Part shown: piece by piece, positions 51,450 through 63,363 of the stretch
Layout of the letters: each line of letters opens with the position of its first letter
Position numbering within the stretch: the first letter of the stretch is position 1
The notes under the pieces: model-generated
What the model was told of the DNA's origin: nothing
Database searches by the model: none
Seen by the model: the letters and a program-made list of their open reading frames with translations, nothing else
NCBI GenBank assembly: GCA_028534125.1
Contig: CM052816.1
Location: forward strand, 15,500,001-15,564,000
Reading direction: 5' to 3'
From: Lama glama
Lineage: Eukaryota
Length of the DNA stretch: 64,000 nt
Program-made: the position numbers and the translations under genes

Positions 51450-51651
51450 CTGTGGTCTTAGGAGGCTCCTGAGGTCCGCCCTGCCAGCCGTACTGTGGGT
51501 ATCCTTGGTTGGGGTATCCCTGAGGAGGTGGGTAGGGTCCACCCACAGGTCCTGGAGGGTAGGCCGCAGGCCCCATCGGTTGTTGTGGATAAGGCGGGTA
51601 CGGGGCCGACGGGCCGGGGCCCGGATACGGTGGAGGGTTCCCTTGGTTCAT
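51450..51651 (-). CDS. CYSTM1: CYSTM1 first coding exon (Pro/Gly/Tyr/Gln-rich N-terminus)
   Basis: ATG at 51651; encodes MNQGNPPPYPGPGPSAPYPPYPQQPMGPAAYPPGPVGGPYPPPQGYPNQGYPQYGWQGGPQEPPKTT plus 1 nt (202 nt); donor ACAG|gtactg at 51449. Phase matches the last exon, giving 102 aa. Candidate acceptors ttgcag (AG 51667-51666) and ctgcag (AG 51660-51659). Confidence 0.97.
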
Positions 51652-52789
51652 CAGGGACCTGCAGGCTGCAATGACAATAAAAATTATTTGCATTTAATCT
51701 GTGGAAATCATTAGGGAAAAATTTCAATCAAGAGATCACTTACAAATTGCCTTAAAGATATCTTAAACCTCTTGCAAACCTTGAACTCTGTCCATTTGGT
51801 TTCCTTCTCACCATTGCAACTGGCAAATATCTTACGTATCTGATTATTTGCCTTTTGTCTGCCTCCCTCTCACCCCCAGACTATAGGCTGTGAGAGCAGG
51901 AATCAAGACAGGTTTGGGTCATCACCATGACCCTGAAGCTTAGCATAGTGCCTGGCACAAGGCAGGCCCCTCAGTAAATGTGCTTAATGGAGAATAGGAT
52001 ATTATTGTGTTTTTTAATTTTCTAAAATGTCCATAAATGTGATTGGGTAGCTCTAAGAAGAAGGCGGAAAGTCAAAAAGCATTATGAATCAGATCAGCGG
52101 AAGCTGGGCCAGTGCCAGAAATCCTCCAATAAACAGGGCTGGGCCACACTGAAATCTTCTAAGAAGCAGCGCCACCAGCGGTAAGCGACCAGGGATGTAA
52201 GCGTCGCCCCCGCCCAGGGCACTGGGTGATCTGGTTGCTCTTCCCAGACCCACAGCTCCCAGCAACTGAGTGGTGTGCTTGGTTGTCAATGCAGAGGATG
52301 CCAAGGGTCTCCTCGGACCATCCGGGCTCCCAGGACTCTGGAGGGCTCACCCCACTTTGTTTTATAGGTTCCTGTCCTGGATGGTTTTGCTTCTGTGAGG
52401 GGAGCCATTTCTTCCCATCCCTTGAACCTTTAAACCATTCTCCTGATTGGGCCTCAAGTCTGGAGGGCCAGCATCTCCTTCCCATCATCTCTGTAGCAGC
52501 TGCAGGGCCCAACACAATGACTTTCAGATTAAAAGCATTACCAGGGAATGCAAAGTACACAAACTCTGGATGAACATGATATCTGTCATCTTGCTGCTGT
52601 GTACTGTTACCCATCTCCTGTACTGATATTTAACTTTTTACCTATTTGAGTAAGTTAACAGAGGAAAGAATCTCATACTCAAAATTTAATTTCACCATTT
52701 GTTCTTTTCTATAACATGCAATCAGTAAATTCATAAGTGACTCTATATGAAAAACAGAATAGCCATAAAGTTCCCTAGAAAATCTGGAT

Positions 52790-53340
52790 TAAAATCATGG
52801 ACTTTGTTGGCTGCCCACACAACCACCACATCCCACTTCATAACAGTCAGATTCCCCATTAAATAGCCATTCCTTCTTCCTGTAGTTCATGTACTTCAGG
52901 GGAAGCTCATACTGTACCAGCTCCAGGAGGAGCCCAATCTAACCTAAGCTAACCGGGTCACCCTTTCCTCTTTTTCACAAGATTGGTTCAAGGAATCCAG
53001 GACAAAGCCAGTCACAAATGGCATCCCTTGGCCGCTGCCATTTGTTCTGAAGTGGTTTGGTCAGTTAAAAGCTTGGGGCTCTCCTAACACACTCCCAACC
53101 TTTCTTTTCCCTTAACACAGGCACACACATACTCTGGCAAGGACACGGCCTCCAAAATTGCTGACAGCCTGTCTGCAGCCCTGAGGGAGTCACTAGCCTT
53201 AAGATGAAGCAAGCACTTCAGAAAGGCAGAGCAAAAAGAAGGAAAGAAATGGAATTCCAGATGACTTCATAAATCAGACTGAAAACCAACCTAACCTAAG
53301 CTACCTATGTAGAATTTCCAGTCCTAGGAACCAAGAGTAA
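52790..53340 (+). mobile_element. Old MLT1K/L-like LTR remnant
   Basis: gattggttcaagga; gccttaagatgaagc; gcagagcaaaaagaaggaaagaaa; agaatttccagt. Confidence 0.5.
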
Positions 53341-55659
53341 GGTAGTCTAACGAACCCCTGTGAGTGACATTCAAGCAAGCATACGTTTATGCAGGGCTGA
53401 CTGTGCCTGGCTCTGTGCTAAGTAGTGGGGCATCGAGATGGATATGGCTCACATCCTCCCCTTGGGTTAAAAAAACAAACATACAGATAGCGTTTTTAGG
53501 AAAGGTGGTAAACAGACTGCTGGGTAGGGGCTTACACCCAGTCAGAGGAGGTGGGAGTGAACAGAGTGCCACCTGAAGGAGGTGATTGTAAATTGAAACT
53601 TTATAACATGGAATCAGAATGGCTGGAAGTTCTCTATTTTGACCTCTGCATCCCCCACCTCTACCCTCCTTTTTCTAGGGGCATGGCAGGGATTCAGGAA
53701 AGAACTAGAGTCTTTCCCGTCTCTGCTCTTTGGTCTGTGCCAACATGGCATCAGACTCTGACCTGGGAACGGCCTTTCCCTTTCCCCTCAAGCAAAGGCT
53801 CCCAGTGACTAACACCGCAGTCATCATGGGAATCTGGCCAGACATAACCGCTGACGACTTCTGCATTTCCTCTCTCCTACCTGGAAGGCTGTAGTAAACC
53901 TAGTGATCCCTGGTTAACACAGAAATCATTAACCCCCCCTATGGCTAATCCATTATTTATTTTTTAAGTCACAGAAGTAGAACTCAGCCATCCTAGCTAC
54001 TCTTTCCTGAAGTTCAGTGTGTGAGTGCAGCGGCAGGAGGCAGGGGTCCTCTGGACTGACCTAATTCTACCCAAACTATAGTTTAACTTCTTTAGTCCAA
54101 CAAGACCCTGTAATAATGATTGTTCTCATGCTAACAAAGCCTGGACCTATATTTTTCTGAAGACAATACTCTTCTAAAAACAACAGGCAGTGAGAAGGAA
54201 AAAACGAACAAAGTATTTAGAACTATTACAACCTCACACCTCAAAGATTCAGGACTTTTCTTCATCTATGTGTGTCTGTTCCTCATCAGTCCTAGGACCC
54301 TCAAAAGTCTCCGAAATGTATGTGTCCTCCCCATTTCTCCTTCAACCATGTTTCCCCCTCATTTTAGCATGCACCTTTCTCCCTCTGCCTGAAGAATCGC
54401 TTAACGCCTAGGGGAGAAAACCCCACCTGCTAACCAGAGGCACTTATAAAGTGCATAAACCATACAGATGCTCCAGCTACCATGCCCTGCCCTGCCCCCC
54501 TCAACACCCACCCACTCTGTCCTTGTGTTCCCAAAACACAGATATCTTAGAGGGATAAAATCTGGATCTATTTTCAGTTTCTTCTAAACAGGAGGAAAAA
54601 AAAAAATCCCAGTAAGAGAACAGCAAAGTCACAGAACCAGCATGTGTCGAGATCAAAGATTCTCGAGCTGACACTTGAAGAGCAGGAGTTCACCTAGAGG
54701 GATGCAACTGTTCCCAAGCCTGTACAGAAGCAAATCCATTCCTAACATTGACACAGTCTAGTACAAACCACATAACATAACCAAAACACAAATGAGCTTT
54801 AAATTTAAGGTATGCTACTGAGCTTTATAACATGAACATTTTTCCTTATAAACTTGATCGGGTGAAATGTAAGCCCTCTACAGTGGAGTGTGTTACACTG
54901 GGGTGTGTTTCCAACGCAAACAGTGGAAACAGGAGCGTTAAAGACAAATCAGAGCTCTAAAAGAGACAGCTCAAACCAAGTAGCAGCCAAGATCCATTAA
55001 GCCTGAATTGAACACTCTTATCCAACGATCCCATTCAAGACGTGCTCAGAATCACAGGATCTGCAGTCATTCAACCACACAAGAAGAGCAGAAACTGTTC
55101 TTTCCGAAAGTGCTCCACAGAGATAAGATCATAATAAAAGACCTCATCAAAGTAGAGATGAAGGAAAGAACATTATTTTTCAAAGCTGTTATTATCTTTT
55201 AAATGACAAGATACCTGGTAGCCTGGCACTGACCCAGCAGGCAGTACACTGGAGAATTTTCCTCCAGAAAAACTGAGCAGCCCCAAGGGGAAAAAATTAC
55301 TGATACTAATACTCGAGGAGACTCCAAAGAAACTGACCCAGTCACCCCACAGTAAAGCCCAGGCACACAGAACTTCTAATCGACATTTTATTGCCTTAAA
55401 AATAAATGAATGGACAAGGACTATCAAGACATATGAGTAAAGCCTGAAACATAAGAGAGCAAAACAAAATAGGAAAAAATAAAAAACCCAACCTAAATAT
55501 CCAAAAAAAGAAAAGAATTAAATAAATTATGGTACATTAATATAATAGTTCTTTTGCAGCTGTCTTTAATTTGTTTTTGAAGTACGATATAATATTTTAA
55601 GTATAAGAAAAATATAAAAGCTGTATATTTGGCATGATCCCAATTTTCTTTAAAATAAA

Positions 55660-56410
55660 TTTTGAAAAATGGATCACTGTAACAGAATGAAGAGTTCTAC
55701 AACAGACCCACACAGTAGTCACCTAATTTAACAGAAAGGCAGCACTGCGACTCAGAAAGTAAAAAATTAGTCTTTCCAATAAATAGAGCTGGCTATTCTT
55801 GTGGGAGAAAAAAAAAAGAACTTAGATCTCCATCCTTACAAACAAAGAATAAATCACACTATATCATGGATCTGCATACAAAAGGTAAAACAATCATGTT
55901 TTTAGAACAAAGTATATAATATATTCATGACTTCAGCAGTATTTACCTTATGATCCAGCAATTATACTCTCAGATATATACTAAAGTAAAATGACTGCAT
56001 TAAGTCCACCAAAGACCTATGTAAGAATATTCAAAGCAGCTTGAGCCCCAAACTGGAAACTATCCAAGTGTTGGTCAATACTAGAACAGGTAGATTAAGG
56101 AAGAGTTATACAATGGAAAGTGCCCAGCAGTAAGAAAAGGACGATTACTACATGCAGCAAGGCGGATGAAGCCCACAGACAAGGATGAGCAAAAGCAGCC
56201 AGACTCAACAGACTTCACACAGTATGATTCCATTTACATCAGGTTCAAGAACAGCCAAAACCAACCTCCAGATACTGATACTGACTGGAAGAGGAACATG
56301 AGGAGAGTTTTGGGGTAACAGGGATGCTCTACATTTTGAGCTGAGTCATGTTTACCTGAAGACCATAAACTCTCGGAGTTGTACGTTAAGACTGCCACAT
56401 TTTAAGTGCA
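55660..56410 (+). mobile_element. Degenerate L1M fragments
   Basis: ccttatgatccagcaattatactc; ccccaaactggaaactatccaagtg; aaaagcagccagactcaa...acagtatgattccatttacat. Confidence 0.7.
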
Positions 56411-57989
56411 CAGTACCAGCAGACAGATAAAATTTGGCTAGAAGGGGAAAAAATATATATAGTGGTTTTCTCTGGGTGCTGGAATTATGCGCAATTGCTA
56501 TTTATTCTATATTTCTGAAAATTTCAATAAGGAACCCGTATAGTCAGGGAAAAAAAAATCAAGATTTCTTATTGTTTTCTATTATTTTCATGCGACCCAT
56601 CTTTCTTTTTTTAACAGCTAGAATGCCTCTGTAGCTCTCCTACCCACTTCCGGCACCCCAACTTTCCTTCCTATTACTGATTTTCACCTCGTGGATAACC
56701 TATTTTATTTCTGCTTTTCAGTGCTTTTTACAGTGATTTTTGTAACTGGGATTCTTTTTTCACAGGACACTTCAGCTCCATAAGTTCTTTAAATGCTTTC
56801 TTTCTGCTTCAAACTGATAAGTAAGTTGGCTAAGCACTAAACATGGGGTTAAAAAAACCATAAAATTTTCTTGGTTACAGGCAGACTTCCCTATCTTGGA
56901 ACTGTTCTTATCTGTAAAGCAAGAAGTCATGCTTCTCCTTCCATCTTTACATATCCTTCTTTGGAATTTATAAAATTGTACAGTTTAACAACATGAGCTG
57001 ATCTTACTCTAAAGACCTCTTCTGTGTCTTTTCTGAACTCCCTGATTAGCCGGTCTTTTAATAGGATTTTCCATAAATAGATTATTGTAAATTCTGGGTC
57101 CCTCAGTTTTTCTTGATTCTCACACCCATAATTTGGGGTATGGTTTGTTGGGCTAAAAAAAGCTTTGGAATTACTGGTTTTGTGCTGCTCTATCATCTCA
57201 GGCTTAGAATTTTCGTTAAATTTTGGCACTGACCTGTTCGTTTATTCCATTCACACAGTCATTTGTTCATTCTATAAATACTTCCAGAAGCACCCACCAT
57301 GACCCAGCACTAGTGGTTCCGGGCACTACGGAGATTGGGAGGCAAGAGAGAGTTTCTACTTGGGCTAGTGAGACAGACAGACATAATGCACATCAGCAGT
57401 GATCAAACCAAGCTAAGAGAAAGGAAGTACTCAGGACTGTGATCCCAAAGTAGGGATCCAGGTCAGGAAAGTCAGAGAAGGCTTCCGAGAGGGAGTGACG
57501 ATCACACTGAAAGAAATACGGGTTACTTAACCTTCATACTCTGGTCTGAGGTAATGCTTACAAACTGCCTTGCTAAGAGGAGACTTCCAGGATTATTGCA
57601 GCTTCCTTTTCTAGTTATTCTTGATCTCTTTTAAAAACATTCATGTAATTTTATTTGTTAGCTGGCCAAACACTACTGGCAAACCTAATTATTTGTTTAT
57701 TCAACATCATGAAGTACTTCCTACATGACAGGCTCAGTACTGGGGATGTGAGAGAAAGAACTCGAGCTGCCTGCCCTTCCCCTTCAGTATCGCTGATAAT
57801 AAAAATGAAATGATCTTTTCTCTTTGTCTGTTATCACATCAGATGGAAAAGGCTGGAAGTTCCGCAAATTTCCAGGGTATTATGAGGCTAGTGTGGCTCT
57901 ACAGACTGGAAAAAATTCTATTTGGGCACTCCAAAGGGTAGTTCCCTCAAAGAGTTATGCAAGATTACTGAAACAGAGATACAAGTAGA

Positions 57990-59124
57990 AAACAAATGGG
58001 GCCTAATTAAACGTACAAGCTTTTACACAGCAAAGGAAGCCGTAAGCAAAACAAAAAGACAACCTACAGAATGGGAGAAAATATTTGCAAAAGATGAGAC
58101 TGACAAGGGCTTAATTTCCAGAATATATAAACANNNNNNNNNNNNNNNNNNNNNNNNNNNNNNNNNNNNNNNNNNNNNNNNNNNNNNNNNNNNNNNNNNN
58201 NNNNNNNNNNNNNNNNNNNNNNNNNNNNNNNNNNNNNNNNNNNNNNNNNNNNNNNNNNNNNNNNNNNNNNNNNNNNNNNNNNNNNNNNNNNNNNNNNNNN
58301 NNNNNNNNNNNNNNNNNNNNNNNNNNATTAAAAAGTCTACAAACGATAGAAGCTNNNNNNNNNNNNNNNNNNNNNNNNNNNNNNNNNNNNNNNNNNNNNN
58401 NNNNNNNNNNNNNNNNNNNNNNNNNNNNNNNNNNNNNNNNNNNNNNNNNNNNNNNNNNNNNNNNNNNNNNNNNNNNNNNNNNNNNNNNNNNNNNNNNNNN
58501 NNNNNNNNNGGAACCTTAAGTCAAAAATNNNNNNNNNNNNNNNNNNNNNNNNNNNNNNNNNNNNNNNNNNNNNNNNNNNNNNNNNNNNNNNNNNNNNNNN
58601 NNNNNNNNNNNNNNNNNNNNNNNNNNNNNNNNNNNNNNNNNNNNNNNNNNNNNNNNNNNNNNNNNNNNNNNNNNNNNNNNNNNNNNNNNNNNNNNNNNNN
58701 NNNNNNNNNNNNNNNNNNNNNNNNTGAAGTAAGCCAGAAAGTGAAAGAAAAATACCATATGATATCACTTACTTGTGGAATCTAAAAAAAAAAAAAAAAA
58801 GACAAATGAGCTTATTTATAAAACAGAAACAGACTCACAGACATAGAAAACAAACTATGGCTACCAGGGGGAAGAGGGTGGGAAGGGATAAATTGGAAGT
58901 TTGAGATTTGCAGATACTAACTACTATATATAAAACAGATAAACAGCAAGTTTCTACTGTATAGTGCAGGGAACTATATTCAATATCCTGTAGTAACTTA
59001 CGGTAAAAAAATATGAAAACAAATATATGTATGTTCATGTATGACTGAAGCATTGTGCTGTACACCAGAAATTGACACAACATTGTAAACTGACTATACT
59101 TCAATAAAAATATTCATTAAAAAA
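57990..59124 (+). mobile_element. 5'-truncated young L1 with exact 15-bp TSD (N-gaps 58134-58326, 58355-58509, 58529-58724)
   Basis: ORF2 peptide [33 protein letters not shown]...[10 protein letters not shown]...[19 protein letters not shown], then 3' UTR, aataaa and A tail; TSD AGAGATACAAGTAGA at 57975-57989 and 59125-59139. Confidence 0.95.
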
Positions 59125-61022
59125 AGAGATACAAGTAGAGAGCCCGAATGACCCGCCAACAGGGATGTTGGCCACACATACAGGTGGAAGCAACGGCGTC
59201 AAATCCAAACCCTGAAGCCACAAGAATAGGCATTCTAGAACCTGAGGAAGAACCTACTCCTGACATGGACAACTATTCAGGGGAGCCCCCGGGAACAGCA
59301 GCAGCAGGGATTTACCTCTAAAAGGTGGTGGTGATGTTCCCAGTAACAAAGAAATATCGAGAGACCTTTGAGAGTTGACAATACGGTAACATGGGCAAGA
59401 GCTTTGTTTTTATGACTTGCTCACTATTTCTTACACACTTTACTGTGTTACCATTTCCTAAGTTGCTTTTCTTCTGGGGACCATCTGGAAGGAGATAACC
59501 TGCAGTTTTACCTCATTACTGTCCAAATACTGATTCTGGTGTCAAGCTCCCAAATATTATTGGCCACCCCCTACCACATTCACAATCTTTTGTTTGCCAG
59601 AGAATTCCACCAGGCCCCAGGGTGTCCTCAATTAACGAATGAATAAATGAGAGCATGTCTTTTGTATCAACGTTTTGGCTTGTGATTTTAGAAGAGCCTC
59701 TCAGTGGAATACACAATGACACACAGCTCAGAAATGGGACCATTCACCCAACAAGAGCATCAAAATGCACATGGGAGGCAAAAAAATAATAGTGGACCAT
59801 CTACCCCTGGAGGCCCTGTCCTAGAGTAATGAAGAGGCTCACAGATTGTCTTATTTTCCTTTCTCACAAAGGATAGAAAAACTACATACTGCTTATTTAA
59901 CTGAGTTACATATGAAACTAAAAAAGTCTACAAACTGTTCAGTAATATGGTTTGCTAATGCCACTTAGGTAATTGCTTTAAGCCACTAACCCCAACGCTA
60001 CGCTAACACAAAGATATATATATTCTCAATTTGTCCTATACATTAGATGAGGAGTAGTCAAGTCTGAAGAGTCAGACTCACATTAATAATCTGCAATTCA
60101 ACATTCTTTGAAAATATGGCTACAGCCAATCAACCTCACCTCCCTCCAATAATAAACTTGGTGTATACATTTCACCATTGTTCCAGCTGGAGACTTTGAG
60201 GGAATCCGGAGGAGTTCCCCTCAACAGAGGAAAACACATCACCTGCTAAAATCTTTTTGCATAAAGCTTTCTATACAGAACCTCTAGCTGGATCTCAGCA
60301 CCTGCTGCTCAGTGAGAGGTAAGATCTAGAGCATTTATTAAACAGCCCTTAAGAAAATCACTGCTACCTGAAAATATCTATCAACAACAAAACAGCATAC
60401 CCTGAGTGGCCCTGGCATTGGTATCCCATTCCTCCCTAATGTTTTGAGGAAACATCTCTTCTTTTTACAGAGGGTCTAACCTTTTTTCTTACAAATTCTT
60501 CAATAAAGACTCATTTTAAAGTGAAATCTCAAATAAACAAATGAAAACAGCTTATTCTTTGAACCAGCAACTCCACCTCTAGGAGTTTATCCTGCAGATA
60601 TCTACAAGTGCCAGTATGCCAAAACATCAATTTTATACAACAATTTTATACCACACACACAAATATATATTGTAACATTTGCTTTTAATAACTATGTAAC
60701 ATATATTATACATAAAATACACATAGATATGATATATAACATCCCAGAGGCCCATCCATATGGAAATGGTTAAATAAAACACAGAATTTCCAAACCATGG
60801 AACCACTATTTGACCCTTAAGAAGAATGAGGTGGAATTACACATGCTGATAATGGAAAAGTGCCAAAAGAGTGAAAAAACCAAATTGCAACACAGGACAT
60901 TCTACTATCCCATTTGGATTTAAAAATAAAGTTCTATTTCTAGACCTGAATAGATTACAGCCATATTAATGAATATAATTATTCATTAAACTGTACTTTT
61001 TTGTTACACACACTTTTGTACA

Positions 61023-61313
61023 CAATTGGCCCTCTGTATGTGCGGGTTCTGCACCCTTAGTTTCAACCAACAGTGAATCAAAAACATTCAGGAAAAAAAT
61101 TCCAGGAAGTTCCAAAAATCGAAGCTTGAATGGCAACTATTTACAAAGCATTTACACTGTATTAAGTATTATAAGTAATCTAGAGATGATTTAAAGTACT
61201 CAGAGGAGATGTGTGGGTTATATGCAAATACTATGCCATTTTTTCTAAGGGACTTGAACATCCACAGATTGTGGTATGGGGGATGGCGTTCTGGAACTAC
61301 CGAGGGATGACTA
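61023..61313 (-). mobile_element. MER2-family MITE, inverted relative to the copy at 51062
   Basis: caattggccctctgtat...ttcaaccaac...taagtaatctagagatgattt...tgggttatatgcaaat...cgagggatgacta. Confidence 0.88.
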
Positions 61314-63330
61314 TATATAGTTAATAATGAAAGGTAAAACCCTGCTGATCATCTTTGGGTAAAGTCTGATCCATGCTTTTAGGAGCGGATAACTCATTTC
61401 TTAACTCACTGAGCAGGAAAGCCATGCTTCTAGACGCTTCCAACAATCATCCAACTACCACCAAGAACGTGTTTTGTTCCAGCTCCAGGGCAGGATCCAT
61501 AGCTACTAACAGTCCCTTGGGTTCCAGGCAAACCTCCTCAAGGGCCCCTTCTCCAATCTTTATTAGTCATGGATGGTCCTCTGCAGAAACCAGAGGACTC
61601 CCTGAATGCAGGACTTCCTTCTGCCTCCAGCTTCCCATAGGACCCCGCAAGGGTGGACCTCAGCCCCCTTGTCTGACAGCTCCTAACCATGCCATCAAAC
61701 CCCGACCACCCCTGCTGGGACCCCCAACCAATGCTCAGCTCAGGGACTCTGGTCAGTAAGCAATGATGCCGGTAGCCGAAAGTCGTGGGGAAGTGAAGGT
61801 TGGCACCTCCTTGGAAAAAAAGGCCGGGGACCTCTGAATTACATCTAGTCACTGGGACGTTCAGGACAGCACTGTAACTTTGGAACTTCAAACTACCAGC
61901 GCTCAAAGGGACAATGGAGAGAAAATGAGCCCAGCAAGAGGAAGGGTCAGAAGGGAAAGCAGCAGTGAATAGAAGGGAAAGAAAAAGGGAAGAAAGCTGT
62001 TAACAGAAAAGGTGAGTTGGGGAAATGAAAGGATGGGTTAGAGCACAGAGAGAGAGAAAAGGGACGAACTCTGATCCCTGCCAGGTTGACAGGACACACT
62101 AGAAAGGGACAGGTCCACCCCTCCCAACAAGCCTGACAAGGCCACTTCCCAGGCCAGGTCCCCCACCAGCACAGCCCCTGAAAGACTGGCTCTGCCGCCC
62201 CCTCCCAGAGCATTAGATTAGGCTTTGTGGGAAAGTTGAAATCTTGATGGCTTAGCAAGAGGCCCCTACAGCTTAACACGTGGCAGTTTAACTAAGCACT
62301 GCCAATCCTGCCAGATACCAGACCAGCCATGGCTTTGCTCCACCATTAAAGCCCGCTTTCCTGACCCTCTGCGGGAGCTGCAGCTCAGTCAGCACCACGG
62401 GCGGCTCTTCATGGACAGGAGTGAATTTCACTGAACACCAGCAAGGACCACGCACATCACACCTGCCTAAGAGACCTCACATCCCAAGACAGGTCACTCT
62501 CCACGCTTCCCTTCTCTTTAGTTTCACAGAATTTTTAAAGGAAGAGGAATTACAGACAACAAAGGTTAAAAAAAAATAAACACTAGATGACACCTTTCGA
62601 GTTCTCTCATTAGTTACACATGCAAAGAGCAAGGGGGCTCAATGTGGTACAGGGTATTGATGAGTTAAAAAAAAAATTAGATACACCCTGAACAAAACCC
62701 TGCATTTTCCAAGAGCACACCTGCACAGAAAGAACAATATAACATCATCAATGAAGTCACGTCCTTGGCGAAGGGCCTAGAATTTAATATAGAATACAGG
62801 TTCCCCACCACTCAGGCCTCCTTTTGGCAAATCTCACATCAAAACATCAGTGGTTTTACCCTGACTGCACTTATTTCTTCTTAGTTCCTAAACTCTTCAC
62901 TCTGCTGTCTACCTGGTATCACAGAGCCACGTAGAGTTTCAGTAGATGGGATTTAAGGGACTGTCTATGAAGGCCTGCCCACCGCAAACCATCCCTACCA
63001 CCTGAATCTTGCTACCTGGAAAAAATTCACTAAGAGTGAGTCATCTTTGGTTGAAGGTATATTTTTCTAAGTGGGGTATGTGGCACAGTTTGGGGAATGT
63101 GGGCAAACAACTTAATTTTAATAGTTATGACTTTTAATATTTACTTTCTATTTATGGCAGGTGATAGTAGTTCTCAATTTAAGGTAATGAGTTTCTCTTT
63201 TAAATAAGTAATAGTTGTTTTTTTTTTAAAGAAAAGTGTTAACAGTACAGATGGCAGAGAGATAAGACAAAAACCATGCAGGTGGAACACAAATGAAGGG
63301 TAAGAAACAGGTAAAGAATCTACTTCCAAG

Positions 63331-63363
63331 CCCCTGGTGACTACCCCTGGCGACTACCCCTGG
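63331..63363. repeat. 13-bp tandem repeat, about 2.5 copies
   Basis: cccctggtgacta cccctggcgacta cccctgg. Confidence 0.85.

Noticed and set aside
51367-51693. 108-aa single-exon version of CYSTM1 from the ORF track
   Set aside because: The N-terminal MQIIFIVIAACRSL spans the splice acceptor region, and the tail after KTT reads through the donor into a MER2 element. The spliced model restores the known C-terminus.
5182-63043. About a dozen AP-1 (TGA[C/G]TCA) sites
   Set aside because: Roughly 8 are expected by chance in 64 kb, and they are dispersed, not clustered.
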